Assembly (NCBI GenBank): GCA_013239625.1 | Contig: MU053881.1 | Coordinates: 7,649,957 to 7,713,956, forward strand | Direction of reading: 5' to 3' | DNA length: 64,000 nucleotides | Source: Lama guanicoe | Taxonomy: Eukaryota | Shown: positions 55,128 to 64,000 of the stretch, piece by piece | Layout: the number at the start of each line of letters is the position of its first letter | Position numbering within the stretch: the first letter of the stretch is position 1 | Made by a program: the position numbers and the translations under genes | Notes under the pieces: generated by a model | What the model was told of the DNA's origin: nothing | Databases searched by the model: none | Seen by the model: the letters and a program-made list of their open reading frames with translations, nothing else

Positions 55128-57499
55128 TCCCCCAAAGATCAAGCAACGTTGATTAAAATAAGTAAAACTGAAACGAGAATGTAAAATACGCTAGCTGATT
55201 GGGAAGATCATTAATTCCTGTACTCATTCATTCATTCATCATCAAAGATTTATTTGTACCTCTAGGCATCAAGCATGCAAAAATGGATTAGATGTCTCTG
55301 AATGTTTGAAAATTTTTATAAGAAAATGTTGGAACCAATGGATTATATAGGGTGACTGCCCTCGAGAATCTAATAGTCTGGCCCACCAAGGTTTCCTAGA
55401 GAAAGTGACAGCTAAACTGATTCTGGGGGAGCCAGATAGGAAAGAGCAGGGGAGGATGTTCCAGGTGGGATATTGAGTAGGTGGGGGAGAGAGGTGGGAG
55501 CTGAGGCGGTAAAGACAGAAATCTATTTCAAAGCTCAAGATTGCACTATCAGATCTGCATTAAAAAAAAAAAAGAAAGAAAAAGGAAAGAAAGAAAGATC
55601 CGTGATCTTCAGAGCAAAAAGACAGATTGGTGGAGCAAAACAAACCAAATTAGAGAGAGAATTGATGTGGGGGCCAGTGTGAACAATGGCCACATATGAA
55701 AACAGGATATGAACAATGGCAGAAGGACCAAAAGTAAAGAGGGGACAGATGCAGAAGATAATCATGGGGAAGAATTAATAGGACTCAGGAACTGAATGGC
55801 TGTGGTATGAGGCAGAGGGAAGATGCTCTGGTGCTGTTTTGCCTCCCTCTCCTTTTTCAGCTAACAGGTCCCAGTTTTCCTTTGAAAGGGCTGCTCCTAC
55901 CTGCCCAGCTGAGTGTAGTTTCCGTAGTAAAATCATCACCCACGAGTCTTTGTCGTCTCTGGACAAGAGGGTGGTCACATGATGTCAGCAGGCCAGTGAG
56001 TCTTTTCCTCCTGAGAATTAGGAATTCTGGGGCTTGGCACCTGGATCCTACCTTGGTTCTTGTCTTTTTTAATGCATTGGTCTGCAGTTTTTTCCCTAAT
56101 TTTTTATGCTACCCAAAGGCCTTCTTAAAAGAGTCATTTTAAAAAACTTCAGTCAGTTGTCTTCTATGGCTGCAACTGGAAAATCCCAAGTGATTACAGT
56201 GGCCTTGTGAATGGCGGCACCTTATACACTGAGAGTCAGAAAACGGGTGGAGGAGAAAGTTTGAGGTGGCTTTTCCTGGGGGAATTGGTGGATAGTTTGC
56301 TTTTGAGAAGCCTATGGAAAAGTAAAGGGAAAATTTTTATTTTTGATTTGGAAAAAAAAAATCGAAAAATCCCAGGAGACTTGTGTGGAACTCTGAAAAT
56401 CATACCAGAGTGTAAAAGCTGTCTCTGGAACCTAGACATAAAAAGTCCTACCTCTTAGCCTGACCTTCTAAGGACTTACTCAGGCTTCTCTAGGGAGAGT
56501 AATTCTTCCATGGGGAGGCTGACACATTCTGCAGATGCCTTGGAAATCGGTGGCGGGTGGGGAGGAGTGGATGTGGCCCCTTTCTAGGCATGGGGAGCTC
56601 TGGTTACCAGCTCTGGCTCTCTCGTTGATTAGCTGGATGACCTGGTACCAGTGCCCTCCCCTCTCTGAGACTTAGATTATTAAATACAAGGGTTGAATCT
56701 TATTGGGAGTTCTCCAAAAATTCCAAAAGTATTTTAAGTTTACATGTTAAAAAGGTCAGTGATACTGGGATGCTGCGTCAAACAAACTTTAAACCAGTTT
56801 CCTTATTGCAGGACTCTAAAATACATTTATCTGTGATGCAGTCACTGGGAGAGGTGGGAGTGAGCAGCCTTTCTTACTCTGTCTTTGCTCAAGGAAGCTT
56901 TACCCCCCAGGAAGAAACATGTGGAACTAAGTCAATAGAACACACTTGCAGAAATGCTGGGTTAGGTGATGTCTGCGGCTGTTCCAGCCCAAACACTCCA
57001 TGACTTTTTGCAGCCAGTGTCCTCCTCTGCACCTCCGGCTTCTTCCACTTGCCCCTTCCTTGGGTTGCTTGATTCTGGGCTCTGTTCTAAGGTGGCTCTC
57101 CCAGGGAAAAGGCACTTGAATGCCTGTGAGTCACTTAAAGACCTAGTCAAGCTCATGACCCCCCCCCACCCAGAAGCTTAAATGGAGAACACCCCATGCC
57201 ACCCCAACACACAAACACAGAGACACACCCTCTGTGCTCAGAGCACAAACACAGGCCTAGCCTGAAGGGATTGCAAAACATGCTTTAGTATGCATTTGGG
57301 AAAACAAAGAAAGCTCTACTCTTTTCTGCTCCAGACAGTCTGAGATGCTTGTGTACCCTTGGGCCTTTGCCCAGTTTTCTCATCTGCCTCAGTCCTGGTA
57401 CTAAATTGGTTCAAGGTTTGGAAGAAAGCTTCAGAGGAAAGGATGTTTAGAGTTCTTAGTTGCTGAAGTCACCCTAAGGACCAGAGCATAAATGCTCTA

Positions 57500-57518
57500 T
57501 GGCCACCAGAGGGCGATG
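57500..57518 (+). promoter_or_regulatory. CTCF binding motif
   Basis: TGGCCACCAGAGGGCGATG closely matches the CTCF core consensus TGGCCACCAGGGGGCGCTA. Confidence 0.75.
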
Positions 57519-57814
57519 ACACCAGCATCCGTCCCGAAAGCTGCTCTCAAGAATAACAGCAATAAATTGCGCCGAACGTGTTTATGAATGATGGAGGGGC
57601 TGAAGTGTGTGTGTACATGTATGTACAGTTGGGTGCACTGGAGCTAAGGCTTTGAAAATCTTCTGAGTACAATAAAATAAAATCTGCATCTCTACTACAT
57701 ATTCATAAGAAGCAGCTGAAAGTTTCCTTGAAGGAAAATGAAGTAGAAGGAATCAGAATAGCATTTATGTGAAAGAAAAAGGAAGAGCTCTGGGGAGCGT
57801 GGTGGTTGTTGACA

Positions 57815-57998
57815 TGAGGTGTGTTTGTGTATGTGTGTGAGCATGCATGTGCGCATGTGTTGTACATGACTGTGAGCACGTATGAGCATGAGTGTGTAAG
57901 CATGTCTGTGCACAAGTGCGTGTGTGATGGTGTGTGTGTGTGCGTAGGCTTGGGTGTCTTTGTAGGTGTGAGTGTGTGTGTATGAATGTGTGTATATG
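57815..57998. repeat. Degenerate (TG)n alternating purine-pyrimidine tract
   Basis: About 180 bp of interrupted gtgtgt/gcatgc/gtgcgc alternation. Confidence 0.85.
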
Positions 57999-58699
57999 CA
58001 GGGCTCATTCAGACTTCTAGTGTGAGCAGACCTCAAGGAAGTCTGGGCGATACTTCCTCCAGTTCCTGCCCTCTCCCTCCAAACAAACAAACAAAATCAT
58101 TCCTACAAGTATTTATGGAGCCTCTAACACGTGCCCCTCCCCACGGCATCTGGAAAAGCTCAGACCTGGCCAATTTAGAGCGGGCACTGCAAGAGGAAGG
58201 CACTGGGGGCAGAACGGATGCCTTGCATGGGAATGACTCTTTTGGGAAAAAAAGAAAAATCGCTTTCTCCAAACAACCCAGTGAGGTGGGCCCAGACAGG
58301 GCTGCGGCCTCCTGGCTTTGAGGAAAGCAAGGCTCAGAGGTGACATGATTGACCCAGAGTCACCTGGTCAGGAAGCAGGAGCTCAAGGACCAGGAACATG
58401 GCATTGTCAGTCCAGGGATCCAAGGTACTGCCATCATTACCTGTAGCAGCATAGCAGGCACTGGGGCTGAGCAAAGAGAGACGGGCCTCCTGGTAGAGTG
58501 TGCCAGCAGCAACCTGAACAACTCAAATGACCATTTTCTGTGACCTGTATGGCTGTGGAGTGCATTAGTGTCAATACAGTAGGTCCTTCAAGAAGAAGTT
58601 GTGGATCTTTGCCAAGATAACGTAGAATCGTTGAGGATCTTTGTAGATGAGTTTGGGCTGCAGCTTCAATAGGCTGGGAAGTAAAACACGGGTGATTTG

Positions 58700-58850
58700 C
58701 GGTCCCCAGTAGCTGTGTGACTTCAGCCAAGTAATCTCTCTGAGCTTTGGGTTTTTATCTATAAAATGGGGGTACTCAGATGCCCCCTTGCGGGACAGTG
58801 TTGGGACCGAAGGAAGCAGTATGAGTGCCTAGCTCAGTGCCAGAATAAAG
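58700..58850 (+). mobile_element. MIR fragment just upstream of the promoter
   Basis: agctgtgtgacttcagccaagtaatctctctgagctttgggtttttatctataaaatgggg. Confidence 0.75.
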
Positions 58851-59038
58851 AAAAAGTGCCACCAGTCAAACCTTGGCTCCTAAGAGTGAACGAGTCTCAA
58901 TTCTGAGGCCCTGCTGGCCGAGCCCCTCTCCTTCCCAGTTCTTTCCCTCTCCCTCGCCGTCCCTTCCCTCTCCCTCTTTGGCTGCCTCCTCCCTTCGAGC
59001 TCTCGGTCGCTCCAGCAAAGTTCCCAACTTAGTCGACA

Positions 59039-59131
59039 TGACGCGCGGCGCAGCCAATGGGAGGCGGAGCTGGCGTTTTTGGGGGGGCGGGAGGGGTGGG
59101 CCCCGCGTCTCCGGTGTCTGCCCTGCTCAGT
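59039..59131 (+). promoter_or_regulatory. TATA-less core promoter: half-CRE, CCAAT box, GC boxes, Inr
   Basis: TGACGC 59039-59044; AGCCAATGG with CCAAT at 59054-59058; GGGAGGCGGAGC 59059-59070; GGGGCGGG within 59081-59091; TCAGT 59127-59131. Confidence 0.7.
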
Positions 59132-59576
59132 GAATGGAGAGAGCGAGCGCCGGCCAGCTCACCCGGCCGCCCCGTGCCCCAGCCGCCGCCGCCGCCGCCG
59201 CCGCGCTCCCGAGCCCAGCCCCGAGCCGGACCTCCCCGGGCGCCGTGCCCCACTGCGCTCGCCTCAGGTCCCCGACCCGGCCCGCGCCCCGGGCCGCTGG
59301 CCAGTGGGGCCAGGGGGCGCTCGGCACCTGGGCACTCCGAGCGATGCGCAGCGGGGCAGCGCCGGCCCCGCGGATGGAGCTGCTGCCGCCGCCGCCACCG
59401 CCCGGCGCGCCCCGCTCCGCCCGCGCTCCGTGCGCCTGAGCGCCGAGCTCGCTCCTCCTCCGCGCCAACTCCGCCGCACGCCCCTCAGGCCGCCCGTGCC
59501 CCCCGCGCGCCTCCGCGGGCTCCACGCGTCTCGCCCAGCCGAGGCAGCCTCCTTCGCGCGCGGGCCGCTGCACACC
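59129..59576 (+). other. SLIT3: Putative SLIT3 5' UTR (TSS inferred)
   Basis: GC-rich leader between the Inr-like CTCAGT (59126-59131) and the main ATG. The TSS is inferred from motif spacing only. Confidence 0.55.
59182..59202 (+). repeat. (GCC)7 trinucleotide repeat in the putative 5' UTR
   Basis: Seven perfect GCC units. A second (GCC)4 lies at 59385-59396. Confidence 0.95.
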
Positions 59577-59773
59577 ATGGCCCCGGGGCGGACGGGGGCC
59601 GGCGCCGCGGTGCGCGCCCGCCTGGTGCTGGCCTTAGCGCTGGCGAGTGTTCTGAGAGGGCCCCCAGTCGCCGCCTGCCCCACCAAGTGTACCTGCTCCG
59701 CCGCCAGCGTGGACTGCCATGGGCTGGGCCTCCGGGCGGTTCCCCGGGGCATCCCCCGCAACGCCGAGCGCCT
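59577..59773 (+). CDS. SLIT3: SLIT3 (slit guidance ligand 3) first coding exon: signal peptide plus LRR N-terminal cap
   Basis: Translates [65 protein letters not shown](L), which I recognise as the SLIT3 N-terminus with the LRRNT C-P-x-x-C-x-C...V-D-C motif. Strong Kozak (cacACCATGG). Ends at the canonical donor CCT|GTGAGT (197 nt, phase 2). Confidence 0.97.
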
Positions 59774-62700
59774 GTGAGTACCCCTGCCCCGCCCCGCCTC
59801 ACCCAGGCCACCCACCTGGGTCCCACAGAGGGGCCCCCAGGCACCACATCCTTCCTTTCCCCTTGGCCGCGCTGGGTAGTCTCTGCCTTCGCCCTTTCCT
59901 GGATTGGACCCTTCACTGAGTTGGGAGTCTGTGGCTTTGGGCAGGTCTGGGCAGAGAGGTCTTGAGGCCCCCCGTGATGGGCAAAAGCAGCGTCTCTCCA
60001 AAGGTGAGGGTTCCAGACGCAGGGCCAACTGACAGCTTCCAGGAAAGTGCTGGCAGGAGGCGAAAGGAAGAGAGAACACTGCAGCCGGGGAGGTCTTAGG
60101 GTGAGTGTAAGGGGTCCGCACTCATTAAAGAGGGGGCGAATGAGAAAGGTGAAGGGTGATGCTGCGTCAGGGTAGAGTCCGAGAGAGGACCCAAGACACT
60201 GTAACTGGCTCGGAGATCAGAATGGGCCAGCTGCTCTCTGGCTGCCCTTGCGAGGAAAGTTAAGAGTGTGTTTGAAGGTCTAACTTCTGAGGAACCGAAC
60301 GAATTCAGAGTGGGTGCTTGCAAAACCCGCCCTGCCTGAAGCGCAGCCTCGGAGGTGCCAAGTTGCAGCCCCGGCGAATTTTTTATGGCTCGGTTATAAG
60401 TGCCTCCCCAAACGGGCCGGAGAATGGAAATGCTGACAGCCCTTTAAATGAGGCCGAGCACTATGATCTTAGAAACCACACTCAGCCTCGGATCCTGGGC
60501 TTGGCAGCAAGAGGAGAGACGCTTGGAGAGTGGGGTGGATTGACCCTCGCTTTAACCCCAATTGTGCAACCAAATATTTACTTTTCATATGTCAACGTTT
60601 TGGAAACATTTATCATTTTGATCCTCGGACCGGTTTCAAAACTTGGACTCTGGGGTGGGCTCTTCCTAGCCTGCCGTTGGGGAGTGGGGAAGGAAGGAGA
60701 AATGGTGGAGGGGGTTGGGACCGGACTGGGAACACAGCCCAGAGGAGGGAGAGGGTTTGCTCTAGCTGGTAGATTTCTGCATGCCTCGCTCTTCCTCTGC
60801 CTCCTTCCCCGTATATCTTAGGGTAGGTACGTGGGTCTTCCAGACTCTGCCTTCTTGACTTCAGGCTGGAAGAGAGTAGCAAGAGACTAAGATGAATTGT
60901 CCTAGAGTCTGTTATTTCTGTTAATCACCTCCTGTCACTCCACTGCTCTTCCACTTACTCTGTACGTGTCCACGAGCGGAGACTCAACAGAACTGCCTTC
61001 CTTTTTCCTGGAGCTTTCCTTGGGCTCAAAACATTTTTTTCCCCCAAGTGCAGTGATTATTCTGTGGGGTTGAACCATGCAGTTGCAGAGTGTTAGGGCT
61101 GAACCTTCATTAACACATTGCAAAAACCAAGGCTCAGCAATGTGAAATGACCTGCCTAAGGTCACACAGCAAGTTGATGGCAATAAAAGGGGCAGAATTT
61201 AAGGTTTCCGCAACTTAATTCAAACATTATCTTCTACCATACCAGTGCAGAACTTGTTTTAGTGGTATTTTTGGAAACCTTTACCTTATAAACTAAATTC
61301 CCCTCCCTCCTCACCCCAGGGCCAGCCACAGGAGTTAGTGAAATAATAACTGTAGCTAATGTTTAATGAGTGCTCTCTGTGCCTCACTTTGTTTACATGG
61401 GTTATCTTATTGAATCTCTACAACAGTCTTATTAGTTACACAGGTAGTGCTTATTATTCTACTTTACAGTTAAGCCTTTTTGTCATTTGCTGAAGGTCAT
61501 GTAGTAGCTAGTTAAGTGTTTGAATTTGAGGATGTCTGGCTCCTAAATCTGCACCCCCCCCACTCTGCTGGACATCCTTGGAACAAGGGTCAGCTTGGGC
61601 CAGGATCTATAAATAGACGGTCCTGGGAGAGTTCTCCCTGGGCTTGGGTCTTAGAATAGGCAGCAGCTGCTGCTGCTTCAGGTATAGTCTGCACACATGC
61701 AGCTCTCCTGTTGGGGTCTTGAGTCTACTTCTCTTCCATATTCAAAATCATGTTGCATATTTGAGACACCAAGGAGAGCGGGCCCCTCCCCTAGCATGTA
61801 GGAAGTCTTCAAAAGCTGCAGGCACAGCACCGCAGCCAGCATGCCACCCAGCTACTCCCCGAGGAGACTCCTGCAGCTGGGGCTGCCCACCTGCTCTACA
61901 ATTGGAGAAACTGGGTAGAGACTGGAGCCCTGTGCATTCGCATGGGCCCCCTGCTGCAGTCATGGCCCCTGGCAGAGTAGGAGGTACTTTGGGATATTTG
62001 AGTCTCGTCTGCCTTGATTCTGGTCACTGGTGTCCCTTTGGCTGGGATGCATAGGGGTGATGCGGCTGCCAAGACTGGCTTCTCATTCTAGTCTCTTTCC
62101 TCCCCAGGAGAGGGGCAGACTTTATAAGCAGGGTGGGCCAGGGTTACTGCGGCTGTTAGGTACAGCTCCCACCCCCATAGTTCTTCAGTACCCCACACTC
62201 TCTCTCAGTCAACTCACATGTAACATTTCAATTCTGCAAACTCTTAAGGAGGGTTGAGGGGAGGTGGTTTGGCATTTCTGAGCTATGCTAAGGGTTTCTT
62301 TAGGGAGGCATTTTTCATTCATTCCTCCCTTCATTCATTCAACAAACATGACTTGAGAGTCTACTGCATTCCAGTAACTGTATATAAAATCATGGCATGT
62401 ACAGAAGAAAACCAGCAATTCAACTTAAAGAAAGAATGTAAGCAAAGGACAGAAGAAGGAACTTTCCTTTAGTGAGCCCTTTAAACTTCTCCGGGCTTGT
62501 TTTTGCTTGTGGCTAAGTTTTGCCAGCATTGCCATCAGTTGCTCGGGACCTTCCTAAAATGCATTTCTGATCTCAAATGTTTACATTGTGTTTTGTAACC
62601 GAGAGGAGGCATGTTCTCCCTTCTCCTCCATTCCTGCCATTCTGCCTCCCAAAGAGGCGTTTATGAAGGGATGGGGTGGGCGAGGGAGGGTTGTTGTTGA

Positions 62701-64000
62701 CTTCTGAGCCCTTATCCACCCATGGTATGCTGCTAAGGGAGACATGCGTGAGGATAATGTCACCATTTGGACTTTGCTTCAGGCCTGGAATGGGACCTGT
62801 TAAATTGTTCACAATTAAGCTGGTTTCAGAGTTATTTCTGTGTTCATATTCTCCATAATGTCAGCACATCACACAGACAAACTATCATTTATAAACTACT
62901 GACAAAAATTTTTTTCCCCCTCAATGGGGAGGTGACACCCACAAGAAAGCTAAATAAACACAGAGGAGAATTCAGTGTAATTTATTATCCACGGAGCAAA
63001 GATAGCCGACAAGGAGAGAGGAAGTGAATGGTGGTGCCTGAAACAAAACATTTACCACGGAGCACAGAGTAAACAGATGTTGCGTTTACCCTTCTGAGTA
63101 CAAAAGGAGCCCGCAGATGTAATTCTTCTCCAACCACAATCTCGGCCTGGAAAAGGAGGAGACAGATGAAAATGGACTCTCGCGCGGGGCCCCTTTTCCC
63201 CGTCTTGCCTAAGGGCAGCCAGAGGCCCACTTTTCACCCGCAGCGCGGTGGCGGCCTGAACAGCGGAGCGGGGCAAGAGTGGACATCTTCGGTTTTTCAC
63301 TTGGCTCTGGAACATACTGGAGAGTGCTGTATTTAAATAAACATTTCCTGTTTGCGAAGGAATACGGGCTAAAGGCTGAAACGTGAGAATGTGGTAACTT
63401 AATTTTCTCCATCACTCCAGATGACAGCAAGCTTTGCCGGTGGTGGTTGGGTCCAATAAAAACCGGCACCGTGTCATAGGCTTTCCCTTACTTGACCACA
63501 GAGGTCCTGAGGTCAAGTGGGAGACTTTCCAAGATGCTCAACAGCCAAGCCCTGCATCCTGGTACTCTCAGCCCTAGGGGCCAGCTCGGAGGACCGGGGC
63601 AAGCTGGTGGATCGTGTGGCCTCTTTAGACCAGCCATGGGGATGTGGCCTTTCAGGGAGGCACAGTGCTCTCCTGCTGAAGCTGGGCTGGACATGAGCAG
63701 CTGAATGTATCCCCCTCCAGTGTGCTGTGCAGCTCTAAGCAGACTGATCTACCTCTCTGGGCCTTGTTTTACTGAAAGTAGAACTTTAGTATAGTCTATG
63801 GTTTTTTGTGTATAGTCTATAATTCAGTGGTAAACTGTCAGGGACCTCTTCCCCAGAACATAGAACAGTGCTTGGCACATAGTAGGTTTTCAACAAGTAT
63901 GTGTTGAAGAAATTAATGATGAATTTCAGAAATACAAGTCTTTCTTTAGTTCTTACAAGTGAACGCTGGGCAATTAGAGATTTGCATTTTTATGTATGGC
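59774..64000 (+). other. SLIT3: SLIT3 intron 1 (partial)
   Basis: Starts with GTGAGT. No LRR-coding exon 2 recognised before the window ends. Contains MIR/L2 fragments. Confidence 0.88.
61040..61555 (-). mobile_element. Two intronic MIR fragments
   Basis: ccaaggctcagcaatgtgaaatgacctgcctaaggtcacacagc, and aataactgtagctaatgtttaatgagtgct. Confidence 0.7.

Larger units (their letters stand above)
59000..59875. promoter_or_regulatory. CpG island spanning the SLIT3 promoter and exon 1
   Basis: Very high GC and CpG density against a CpG-depleted background. Confidence 0.93.

Noticed and set aside
57695..58090. His/Thr-rich 131-aa ORF
   Set aside because: Translation of the (CA)n-like strand of the degenerate microsatellite.
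59079..59576. 166-codon in-frame N-terminal extension of SLIT3
   Set aside because: It starts at TTG upstream of the inferred TSS and has no in-frame ATG before 59577. The strong-Kozak ATG there begins the signal peptide.
59057..60121. Long overlapping ORFs (302 aa +, 285 aa -, 148 aa -, 143 aa -) across the CpG island
   Set aside because: Low-complexity Pro/Arg/Ala/Gly frames are expected where stop codons are rare in GC-rich DNA. No recognisable domain; several run through the splice donor.
1..64000. CRISPR array, operon, rRNA or other prokaryote-type or novel multi-gene system
   Set aside because: The window is mammalian intergenic and intronic DNA. I saw no repeat-spacer arrays, no dense coding and no foreign-composition insert.

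Overview
Mammalian genomic DNA, most likely camelid: it carries three tRNA-Ala-derived vic-1-type SINEs. About 58 kb is repeat-rich intergenic sequence (L1, L2, CR1/L3, MIR, ERVL/MaLR LTRs, hAT and Tc2 DNA-transposon fossils). It lies upstream of the CpG-island promoter and first coding exon of SLIT3 (+ strand, ATG 59577, splice donor after 59773), followed by about 4.2 kb of intron 1. No other protein-coding gene is supported; the other ORFs are chance frames, GC-rich shadow frames or decayed transposon frames. I found no evidence for a novel gene system. The best leads are regulatory: a three-AUG uORF in the putative SLIT3 leader, a near-consensus CTCF site, CCAAT/GC-box/G4/Inr promoter architecture, and repeat-poor candidate enhancers. 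Several transposon insertions keep readable target-site duplications. Repeat subfamily names come from my memory of consensus sequences, and boundaries are approximate unless a TSD is quoted.
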